Origin: Candidatus Pacearchaeota archaeon
Lineage (GTDB): Archaea; Nanobdellota; Nanobdellia; Pacearchaeales; GW2011-AR1
Length of the DNA: 64,000 bases
NCBI GenBank assembly: GCA_050124795.1
Contig: JASFEO010000002.1
Coordinates: 1-64,000 of the forward strand
Direction of reading: 5' to 3'
The notes under the pieces are model-generated. The model had not been told where the DNA came from and did not search any database. It was given only the letters and a program-made list of their open reading frames with translations. This document shows, in pieces, positions 49,874-58,321 of this stretch (positions are counted from its first letter, which is position 1; each line of letters opens with the position of its first letter). The position numbers were made by a program, and so were the translations under genes.

Positions 49874-50011
49874 ATGGCAATTTATAAATGTTTTAAGTGC
49901 GGCAAGAAAATCAAGTCAGCAGACCTTGACAAAAGATTTGTCTGTCCTCATTGCGGAAGCAAGGTTTTCTACAAGCCCCGAACAAAAGTAAAAAAAATAA
50001 AAGCAGAATAA
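49874..50011 (+). CDS. rpoP: RNA polymerase subunit Rpo12/P
   Basis: YKCFKCG...CPHCGSKVFYKPR. Confidence 0.93.
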   Translation: MAIYKCFKCGKKIKSADLDKRFVCPHCGSKVFYKPRTKVKKIKAE

Positions 50012-50030
50012 TTGCTTTTTGAAATTTAAT

Positions 50031-50360
50031 ATGGTAGAAAAAGATCAAAATCAAAAAATACAGGAAATGCAAATGCTTGAACAAAATTTGCAAAATATAC
50101 TTATGCAAAAACAAGCTTTTTCAATGGAACTCAACGAAGCCGCAGCAGCACTAAAAGAAATTAATTCTGCAAATGACGAAGTCTTTAAAATTGTCGGACA
50201 GCTCATGATAAAAACAGACAAAAATAAAATAATTGAAGAACTAACTTCAAAAGAAAAAATCCTTAGCCTAAGACTCAAGTCAATTGAAAAACAAGAAGAA
50301 ACAATGACAAAAAAACTCTCTGAATTAAGAGATGAATTTATGAAAGGTATGAAGAAATAA
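50031..50360 (+). CDS. pfdB: Prefoldin beta subunit
   Basis: Coiled coil with VFKIVGQLMIK hairpin; typical synteny. Confidence 0.92.
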   Translation: MVEKDQNQKIQEMQMLEQNLQNILMQKQAFSMELNEAAAALKEINSANDEVFKIVGQLMIKTDKNKIIEELTSKEKILSLRLKSIEKQEETMTKKLSELRDEFMKGMKK

Positions 50361-50361
50361 A

Positions 50362-50688
50362 ATGACTGAAGTAAATTTAGAAAAACTTGGGAATGCTGAA
50401 AGATACTTTTGTAGGCAATGCAAGAGTGTCGGCTTATTGCCAAATTCTATGCCTCCCAAAGCTAAGGAAAAACATGATTTGCCTTATGATTTTATTATTC
50501 CTTTGAGTTGGCCATTTGGTGGAAAAGAAAACATGGAAAATGAAATAAATAATATCATAAAATATGCTAATGAAACCTCACAACTTTTTAGAAAAGTTGC
50601 GCACTATGAAGGTTTACATCCAGTTGCAGGAGGGGCTTTAGCAATTTACCTCGGATTTGAAAATTATTTTGAATCAGGAATGATTTAG
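50362..50688 (+). CDS. Orphan ORF coupled to pfdB
   Basis: TAAAATG junction; CxxC. Confidence 0.62.
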   Translation: MTEVNLEKLGNAERYFCRQCKSVGLLPNSMPPKAKEKHDLPYDFIIPLSWPFGGKENMENEINNIIKYANETSQLFRKVAHYEGLHPVAGGALAIYLGFENYFESGMI

Positions 50689-50739
50689 AATTTAATTATT
50701 AATATAAATATTTTTAAATATTAAATCACTAATTTAATT

Positions 50740-51072
50740 ATGGATTATGAAGTAAACCTTTACAAAGATTCTTTTCAAAGAGAGATAATTCATGGAAAAT
50801 TTCCGCATCTTCCTGTACCCAGTACAATAGAATTGGGAAGAACATATGATGAGGTTGCTTTAAAAATACTAAAGACAATCCCAGAAGAAACAAGCAGATT
50901 AACTGTTATTAATAATGAAAAATATTTTTCACTAGATGCTTCTAAAAATGAGATGTCTCCATACAGTGCAGGAATTTCAATTGAGCGAGAAATTTTTGAT
51001 TTCATAAAAGACGAATTATTCAAAAAAAGAAAAGACTTGACTTATATATCCCTGCGGCCAGCTTCTTTCTAA
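50740..51072 (+). CDS. Hypothetical protein
   Basis: ORF only. Confidence 0.55.
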   Translation: MDYEVNLYKDSFQREIIHGKFPHLPVPSTIELGRTYDEVALKILKTIPEETSRLTVINNEKYFSLDASKNEMSPYSAGISIEREIFDFIKDELFKKRKDLTYISLRPASF

Positions 51073-51272
51073 CATTTATCTCTAAACTTTCTACAACTCT
51101 CAACAACTCGATCTTTAAAATCCCTAACAAAACAATATCCTCGTAAAAACTGTTCTCCCCCAAGACAATCCATAAAAAAAGCATAATTCTTCCATCTTGC
51201 TGAATTGTCTTCACGACTCTCACAGGAAATCTCTTCAGGACCTTTGTTCAAATATCTAATTAATCCTTTCAT
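51069..51272 (-). CDS. Hypothetical protein
   Basis: Short ORF convergent with 50740-51072. Confidence 0.4.
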   Translation of the reverse strand: MKGLIRYLNKGPEEISCESREDNSARWKNYAFFMDCLGGEQFLRGYCFVRDFKDRVVESCRKFRDKC

Positions 51273-51368
51273 AACTTATTTAGTAATTTCAACCTTAAAT
51301 AAATTTATACCCGGACATATATACAAAATCCCCGAAATCTTTATAAATATTCAGTTTATGAAATTAAC

Positions 51369-51758
51369 ATGGTATTTGATAAAATAAAAAAAGCATTCTC
51401 AGGCGGGGACATTGATGCAGAAAATGAATATCTTGAAATTGACTTAGGACAAAAAGAAAAACAAGACAACAAAGTCCTTGTAAAATTATTCACACTAAAA
51501 AACTACGACGACGTTAATGAAATCCTAAACTCATTAAGAGAAGGTTACACAATCGCGATAATTGATATAAAAGTCTTAAGACAAAAAGATCCAATTGAAT
51601 TAAAGCGTGCAGTTTCAAAAATTAAAAAAACAACAGATGCTCTTGAAGGTTCAATTGCAGGATTCGGAGAAAATACCATTATTGTGACACCTTCATTTGC
51701 AAAAATTCACAAGGAATCAGAAAAACCTGCTGAAGAAAAAAAATCTCGCTGGGATTAA
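51369..51758 (+). CDS. sepF: Cell division protein SepF (archaeal type)
   Basis: LREGYTIAIIDI; ELKRAVSKIK; IIVTPS. Confidence 0.88.
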   Translation: MVFDKIKKAFSGGDIDAENEYLEIDLGQKEKQDNKVLVKLFTLKNYDDVNEILNSLREGYTIAIIDIKVLRQKDPIELKRAVSKIKKTTDALEGSIAGFGENTIIVTPSFAKIHKESEKPAEEKKSRWD

Positions 51759-51807
51759 TTCTAAAAAACTTTAAAACTTCTCTTTACATTTTATTTTGAT
51801 GAAAAAA

Positions 51808-52074
51808 TTAATAATGCCTCTTTGCATAAATTAAATAAAAAACTAAAGTCATATTAAAAGAATAATTTACATACAGCGGAAAATGAGTTATCTTTAAAAT
51901 CAAATCATCAATTAAAATATAAGTAAATGTAAATACCTCTCCAAATAACCAAAAAAATAAAAACAACCATGAAAGGTCTCCTGCTTTTTTTGTCCTCCAT
52001 GTTTTAATTACCTGAGGAACTGCGCAGATTGCAAATAAAAACGCCCCGGCCCAACCAACAAAAATATGAATCAT
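51808..52074 (-). CDS. PQ-loop / SemiSWEET-like membrane protein
   Basis: VPQVIKTWRTKKAGDLS; 3 TM. Confidence 0.85.
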   Translation of the reverse strand: MIHIFVGWAGAFLFAICAVPQVIKTWRTKKAGDLSWLFLFFWLFGEVFTFTYILIDDLILKITHFPLYVNYSFNMTLVFYLIYAKRHY

Positions 52075-52133
52075 AAATTTCTATTATTCTCTAATTTAAA
52101 AAGTTATTTAAATAAATCCCTTTTTTTATTCTA

Positions 52134-52745
52134 ATGAAAACCTTATTCATACCTGCAAAATCAAAACAAGAAATTAATAAAAAAGAATTATTAATAATTT
52201 CTAAATCTCTCCCAAAAGAAATCGCAATATTTTATTCAATTCAATATTTTAGTCAGGCAAAAGAAATCAAAAAAATATTATCTAAAAAAAAAATAATTTC
52301 ATTTAAACAAGTTTTAGGTTGCTCAAAACCAAAAATTTCAAAAAACACAAAAGCAATCCTCCTAATTTCCGACGGAAAATTCCATGTAACTTCAATTGCA
52401 CTTGAAACAAAACTTCCAACATTTATTTTTATAAACAATAAACTAACAAAAATAAGTGATGAAGAAATTAAAAATTTAGGAAAAAGAAAAAAAGCTGCAT
52501 TTGTGAAATTTCTCAATGCAGAAAAAATTGGCATTTTAGTTTCAATAAAACCCGGCCAGGAAAACTTAGAACAAGCAATGAAGCTAAAAAGCAAATTAAA
52601 ACAAAAAGATTCTTACTTATTTTTATCTAATAATATAAACACAAATGAATTTGAAAATTTCCCGCAAATTCAAAGTTGGGTAAACACAGCCTGCCCGCGA
52701 ATGGATATGAATGAAAAAGGAATTGTTAATATTTATGATATTTAA
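52134..52745 (+). CDS. dph2: Diphthamide synthesis protein Dph2 (short form)
   Basis: QVLGC; DGKFH; KPGQ; NTACPR. Confidence 0.88.
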   Translation: MKTLFIPAKSKQEINKKELLIISKSLPKEIAIFYSIQYFSQAKEIKKILSKKKIISFKQVLGCSKPKISKNTKAILLISDGKFHVTSIALETKLPTFIFINNKLTKISDEEIKNLGKRKKAAFVKFLNAEKIGILVSIKPGQENLEQAMKLKSKLKQKDSYLFLSNNINTNEFENFPQIQSWVNTACPRMDMNEKGIVNIYDI

Positions 52746-52758
52746 TTTTACAAAAAAT

Positions 52759-53157
52759 TTAAATCTTAGTAATACTAAACACACTTCTTAAAGCCACAAT
52801 AATCGTCGCGGGAATAAATAAAACCAAAAGCGCCCCAAAAATTTCCTGGCCCATTAAACCAATTCTTGTTATTCCAAGTAAAGAACCCCCAAACCTGTCA
52901 ACAAAACCATCAAGTCCGAATTTGCTCACAATAACTAAAACTGTTCCTGCTAATAAAAAAGTATTTATGTCATCATCTCTGACGTCAACAAAACCAATAA
53001 TAATCCCCATTAATAATAAAATAACATAAAACAACTGATTAAAACTAACAAAAACATCAATTGAAAAAGACTTCACAACAGCGAGCACAATCGCCACAAC
53101 AACACCTGTCAAAAACGCCCATGCCCCGAGTGAATTCTCTTTTGATCTTATCGCCAT
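52759..53157 (-). CDS. Conserved membrane protein
   Basis: 4 TM; GAWAFLTG and FIPATIIVAL. Confidence 0.65.
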   Translation of the reverse strand: MAIRSKENSLGAWAFLTGVVVAIVLAVVKSFSIDVFVSFNQLFYVILLLMGIIIGFVDVRDDDINTFLLAGTVLVIVSKFGLDGFVDRFGGSLLGITRIGLMGQEIFGALLVLFIPATIIVALRSVFSITKI

Positions 53158-53264
53158 CTTAAAATAACAGAATATTAATATATAAATATTTCGAAGGAGA
53201 ATTAAAATATATATTCCAGAATAGAAAACTTTATAAACCATAGTAACTCCGGAATGATTACAAA

Positions 53265-54926
53265 ATGAAAGCTAAAAATTTAACTTTGATAAGTTTAAGC
53301 ATTTTAATAAGTTTAGTTCTAATGACTCTGGCAAGTGCAACTTTAACAATCTCATCTCTTGACTATCCGACAAGTGTTGATGATATTGAAGGCTCATTCA
53401 TATTCACTTTTAATATAACTGATACTTCAATAACCCCTATAAGTGTTACTTTTGCTGATTCTACAATTTCTTTTGGTTCTATTTCAATTACTGATTTAAC
53501 TAATGAAGATTTAACAACTGCAAAACAAATAACAGGGGCAATTTCTAATTTTGCAGATCAAGGTGGGAACACAATGACTATCACAATTGTTGCAAATGAA
53601 ACAGAAGACCCAACTAATTTAGATTCTGAAACTTTTTCAGTAAACATTAATTTAACTATTCCTTCAGAAGTAACAGAGTGTGAATCAACTGGAAACCCCG
53701 GAAGTGATTTAAGAATCAAAGAAATTGAATTTACAAACAAAGGAATGAAAATTGGAGACACAACAAAAGAATTTGGGGATGATGATGCATGGTTCCCTTT
53801 GGATGATATTGAAGTCGAAATCACAATTGAAAACAATGGAAACGACGACATAGATAATATTGAAGTTAATTGGGGATTATGGGATACCGAAGCAAACGAC
53901 TGGATAATCGAATTAGATGATGAAAAAGATTTTGACTTAAAAGATGATGATGAAGAAACATTGGCAATCTCATTCAACCTTGAAAGTTCATTAGATATTG
54001 ACTTAGAAGATTTAGAAGACGGAAACCATTACAGATTTTATGTAATTGCAGAAGGAGAAAACACAGACATTGACGCAGATGTTTGTGAATATGATTATGA
54101 AGATACAGAAATAGTAATTGAAAAAGACTTTGTAGTCTTGGATAATTTTGAATTTCCTGAAAGTGTTTCATGCGCAGATGAAGTTCAGATAATCGCAGAC
54201 ACCTGGAATATCGGAGACAGAGACCAGGATGATGTTTATATAAGAATTTATAACACAGAACTTGGAATCAACAATAAAATCGTGGACATCGGCGACATAG
54301 ATGCATTTGACCATGAAGACTTAAACACAATAATTCAAATTCCGGAAGATGCAAAAGAAAAAATATACCAGCTTAACTTTGAGGTATATGATGAAGATGA
54401 TGATATTTATGAAACAGACTTTGACAATGATGACTCAAGTTTCTACATTCTCTTAAATGTTGCAAGCTGCAAAACCCCGGCAAAAGCAATTGTTTCAGCC
54501 ACACTTGAATCAGGAGGGGTCGCAGGAGAAGAATTAGTTGTAAGAGCAACAATTGTAAATTCAGGAAGTGATACAACTTATAATTTGAACTTAGCAGGAT
54601 TCAGCACATGGGCAGATTCAGGAAACTTTGATTCAAACACAGTAACTCTTGGAAAAGGTGAACAAAAAGATGTTCTAGCTACATTCCTTGTTAAAGAAGA
54701 TGCTTCAGGTGAGCAAACTTTTGATATTGAAGTTTTATCAGACGGAGATTTTGTTTTAACTCAGCCAGTTGCAATAACAATCGAAGAAGCACCAAAAGGA
54801 TTTTTATCAGGAATAACCGGAAATGCAATTGGAGGCGGAAATACATACTTGTGGATAATCGGCGCTCTAAATGTAATCCTTGTTGTTATAATTATAATTG
54901 TTGCAATAAGAGTTGCAAGAAAATAA
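53265..54926 (+). CDS. Acidic surface / putative S-layer-associated protein with C-terminal anchor
   Basis: Signal peptide, Asp/Glu-rich Ig-like segments, ITGNAIG then TM and basic tail. Confidence 0.8.
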   Translation: MKAKNLTLISLSILISLVLMTLASATLTISSLDYPTSVDDIEGSFIFTFNITDTSITPISVTFADSTISFGSISITDLTNEDLTTAKQITGAISNFADQGGNTMTITIVANETEDPTNLDSETFSVNINLTIPSEVTECESTGNPGSDLRIKEIEFTNKGMKIGDTTKEFGDDDAWFPLDDIEVEITIENNGNDDIDNIEVNWGLWDTEANDWIIELDDEKDFDLKDDDEETLAISFNLESSLDIDLEDLEDGNHYRFYVIAEGENTDIDADVCEYDYEDTEIVIEKDFVVLDNFEFPESVSCADEVQIIADTWNIGDRDQDDVYIRIYNTELGINNKIVDIGDIDAFDHEDLNTIIQIPEDAKEKIYQLNFEVYDEDDDIYETDFDNDDSSFYILLNVASCKTPAKAIVSATLESGGVAGEELVVRATIVNSGSDTTYNLNLAGFSTWADSGNFDSNTVTLGKGEQKDVLATFLVKEDASGEQTFDIEVLSDGDFVLTQPVAITIEEAPKGFLSGITGNAIGGGNTYLWIIGALNVILVVIIIIVAIRVARK

Positions 54927-54985
54927 TTCTTACTTTTATTTTTCTCGAATTAAAATTATTTAAACCCTGATTTATTAAATAGTCC

Positions 54986-55525
54986 ATGAACAAAAAAGAA
55001 AAAGAGGTTTATGGAATTCTCGCAAGATATCTTTTAATAATTTTTGCAGCCGCCTCAAACCTTTTTATTTTTTACTATATATTCACACCATTAACTGTTT
55101 ATCATGTTTATTTTTTACTTCAGATTTTTTTAGATGTAAAATTGTCCGGTAATGTAATCTCCCTCGGCCATTATGCAATATGGATAATAAAAGCATGCAT
55201 TGCAGGTTCTGCATATTATCTTTTATTTATTTTAAATCTGTCAATTCCAAAAATAAATTTAAAAAAAAGATTAAAGATGATTTCTTTTTCATTTTTGGTT
55301 TTGTTAGCCGCAAATATTTTAAGAATAATAATTCTTGTTTTGCTTCTTGGTTCTTTTTGGTTTGACTTTACCCACAAACTTTTCTGGAATCTACTAAGCA
55401 CAATTTTTGTCGTCGGAATTTGGTTTCTTGAAGTAAAATTATTTAAGATAAAAAAAATCCCTTTTTATGATGATATAAAAATCCTTTATAAAAACTCTTT
55501 CTTTAAGAAATCTAAGAGAAAATGA
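54986..55525 (+). CDS. Archaeosortase (pacearchaeosortase-like)
   Basis: ACIAGSAYYLL (Cys), NILRI (Arg) and FTHK (His) in a multi-TM protein. Confidence 0.82.
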   Translation: MNKKEKEVYGILARYLLIIFAAASNLFIFYYIFTPLTVYHVYFLLQIFLDVKLSGNVISLGHYAIWIIKACIAGSAYYLLFILNLSIPKINLKKRLKMISFSFLVLLAANILRIIILVLLLGSFWFDFTHKLFWNLLSTIFVVGIWFLEVKLFKIKKIPFYDDIKILYKNSFFKKSKRK

Positions 55526-56145
55526 TACCTGAATTTTTTTCAAACCTGATTGATTATCTCCTTGATTTTTCTCTTTCAGTTGGTTATATTGGAACTTTTA
55601 TCTGGATGCTAATTGAAAGTTCATTTGTTCCATGGCCAAGTGAATTATTATTAATTCCTCAGGGAGCTTTGGTTGCGCAGGGAAAATTAAATTTCTTAGG
55701 AGTTTTAATTGCAGGAATTTTAGGAAGTCTTGCAGGAGCATTAGTAAATTATTTACTTGCATTTTATCTCGGAAGAAAAACTATTAATAAACTTATCTTT
55801 AGATATGGAAGATTTCTTTTTATTGATGAAAAAAAAATAATAAATTCTGATGGTTATTTTAAAAAGCACGGAAACATAACAACATTTGTTGGAAGATTAA
55901 TTCCTGGAATAAGGCAGTTAATTTCACTTCCTGCTGGTTTTTCAAAAATGAATCTTTCTAAATTTTGTTTATTCACTTCATTGGGCGCGGGAATTTGGGC
56001 GACCGCATTAATTGCAATCGGCTTCTTTTTTGGAAGCAGTATTGATCCGGCTCTAAAAAAAGAAATAACTTTTCTGGCGGTGATTTTTTCTTTTTTAATC
56101 ATGTTAATTTATTATTTAACTAAAAAAAGAAAATCTAAAAACTAG
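55522..56145 (+). CDS. dedA: DedA family membrane protein
   Basis: ESSFVPWPSE; GRLIPGIRQLISLPAG. Confidence 0.92.
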   Translation: MIPEFFSNLIDYLLDFSLSVGYIGTFIWMLIESSFVPWPSELLLIPQGALVAQGKLNFLGVLIAGILGSLAGALVNYLLAFYLGRKTINKLIFRYGRFLFIDEKKIINSDGYFKKHGNITTFVGRLIPGIRQLISLPAGFSKMNLSKFCLFTSLGAGIWATALIAIGFFFGSSIDPALKKEITFLAVIFSFLIMLIYYLTKKRKSKN

Positions 56146-56792
56146 TTTTGCGCATATGCTTGAATAAATGCTTCAAGCATTAATTTTTCAGTTGCCTTTA
56201 ATATCTCGCAATCTGCAACATTTAAATCATATGAATTATCATTTTTTTGGACAATGCTTGTTTCATTTGCTTCTTTAATATTAAGAAACATGTAATTACT
56301 CTGGGGAATATAAACTTTTATTTCACTTTCATTTTTTGCAATTAAATTAACTCTTAAAACTTCAAGTTTCTGCAAATTTCCAATCGCGATTACCCAATCC
56401 CCGTCGCAAAAAAGATTTTCAGTATTAACCCCTACAACCATGTTGGGCCTGAAAATAATTTCTCCTTTAATAGGAATGTCATCTAAATCTCTTGGGTCAT
56501 TTCTCAAATAAATATTATAATCTGCATCAACTATTTTCCCCGTTATTCCATCTCCGTATGAGACAGGTATGCTTACTCTATAAGGCGCGATCTCGTCGAC
56601 AATTGTAAATCCAACACCCTTGTATTCAAAATTTTTCATTGAATTAGCAAATAAATATGCAAACAGAACTATAACAACAATCATCCCGAGAACAATAAAA
56701 ATATTCCTTAATAATTTATTTTGCTTTTCAATTTCCTTTTTAATATTCACTTCAAGTTTTTCATGCTCTTTTTTATTAATCTTTTTTTCCAT
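56142..56792 (-). CDS. Membrane-anchored hypothetical protein
   Basis: Single TM then FEYKG. Confidence 0.65.
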   Translation of the reverse strand: MEKKINKKEHEKLEVNIKKEIEKQNKLLRNIFIVLGMIVVIVLFAYLFANSMKNFEYKGVGFTIVDEIAPYRVSIPVSYGDGITGKIVDADYNIYLRNDPRDLDDIPIKGEIIFRPNMVVGVNTENLFCDGDWVIAIGNLQKLEVLRVNLIAKNESEIKVYIPQSNYMFLNIKEANETSIVQKNDNSYDLNVADCEILKATEKLMLEAFIQAYAQN

Positions 56793-56831
56793 ATTTAATC
56801 TTCTATTATGAACTTTTTAAATTTTATTGTG

Positions 56832-57407
56832 CTAATCTATATTCATTATTTTAAATAAAAATTCATCTGCAATCTGCGTGAGATTTCCTTCAGGCCCCTC
56901 AATAAAAACACAATTATCCTCCTGAGTTATTTTTACTTCCTCGGCTTTTTTAATTATTATAAAATTATCTTCACAGGTTTTTATTGGCGAATTTTCATCA
57001 CAATCTTCTTCTAAACAAGCTGATTGCGTCCTCTGCACAATCCTTGTATTATAAAATAAATTCCTATAAATTTCAGAACTTGCAAATCCATCCTCAGAAT
57101 AAATATAAAGCGGCTTGCCTGAATAACTATTTAATAAATTTATCTCTCCTGAAATTCTTTCAACTTCCCCTGGATTATAAGAAAAATAAAAATTATAATT
57201 TCCAAGTTCAAGAAACCAATATCCATTTTGGTTAATAAATTCAAAACCATTGTAAGTAACTTTCTCTGATGAACTCTCTGTTTTGCTCCCTCCGCTGAAT
57301 GCATAACCCGCAACACTAATAAACATTACAATAACTAAAATCACTCCGAGAATTATCTGATTTCTTCTGTCATTGTTTTTCTTTTTTTCTAAAATACTTC
57401 GTCTCAT
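56832..57407 (-). CDS. Membrane-anchored hypothetical protein
   Basis: Single TM then YNGFEF; similar layout to 56142-56792. Confidence 0.65.
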   Translation of the reverse strand: MRRSILEKKKNNDRRNQIILGVILVIVMFISVAGYAFSGGSKTESSSEKVTYNGFEFINQNGYWFLELGNYNFYFSYNPGEVERISGEINLLNSYSGKPLYIYSEDGFASSEIYRNLFYNTRIVQRTQSACLEEDCDENSPIKTCEDNFIIIKKAEEVKITQEDNCVFIEGPEGNLTQIADEFLFKIMNID

Positions 57408-57442
57408 AATTTATTTATTTTTTTAGAATATAAAAACTTTAC

Positions 57443-58225
57443 TTAATCATAAAAAGGATGTCTTAAATTTCCTTTATTATCTTTTTTTAACTTCCCAAGT
57501 ACTAAATGTTCGCATTTGATGCTCGTGTCGCAATAAATTTTAAATCCCTTTTTTCTTGCTTCTTCACAAAAATAAATATCATCTGTGCTTTTTATTCCCG
57601 GAATTTCCAAGAGTCCATATTTAATTTTTTCAAAAACCCCTCGTTTAATTAACATGCACCCTGCAGAAGGGATTTTAACTTCTATGACTTTTTCGCTTTC
57701 TTCCTCTTCTCGGGTAAGATGGCGCCTTAAGTCTTCATGTGATTTTACAATTGAAGGGAGTTTAATTTTTTTTGATATGCTTTCAAAATCATCGGGGGTT
57801 ATGCTTCTCCATGCAACAGGTCTTAGTTTTTGTTTGCAGTCAATAATAAAATAATTATAATACAGCCCGCTTATTATATCTTTATCATAACTTAATAACT
57901 TTTTAAGAATATCTTTTGGCGGAATAACATCTGCATCCATCATTAAAATATAATCATAATTATTTTTTATCCCATATTCCAAAATTTTATTCCTGCTGCT
58001 AACCACTCTAAAACTATTTTTCTTTTCAGGAGTGTTATCTTTGATTAAGGTAATCCCTTTAATCTCTTTTAATTTATAAAAAAATTCATTTTTTACTGAA
58101 TTGTCTATTAGCAATATTTCATAATCTTCGTAATCAAATTCCTTTATTCTTTTTAGAAATTTTTCAATGCAATAATCCATTCTGTCATATACAGGACAAC
58201 CAACCAGAATTTTCTGAGTTTTCAT
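57443..58225 (-). CDS. Glycosyltransferase family 2
   Basis: IDNS; DAD motif; GCMLIKR; DDIYF. Confidence 0.85.
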   Translation of the reverse strand: MKTQKILVGCPVYDRMDYCIEKFLKRIKEFDYEDYEILLIDNSVKNEFFYKLKEIKGITLIKDNTPEKKNSFRVVSSRNKILEYGIKNNYDYILMMDADVIPPKDILKKLLSYDKDIISGLYYNYFIIDCKQKLRPVAWRSITPDDFESISKKIKLPSIVKSHEDLRRHLTREEEESEKVIEVKIPSAGCMLIKRGVFEKIKYGLLEIPGIKSTDDIYFCEEARKKGFKIYCDTSIKCEHLVLGKLKKDNKGNLRHPFYD

Positions 58226-58321
58226 TATCTCCTGAAAATAATATTTGTTTATATATTTTTTCTAGGGTTCTTACCAGAACTTAAAAAAATAAAAGAAAAA
58301 GAAAAAATAAAATTAATGAAT

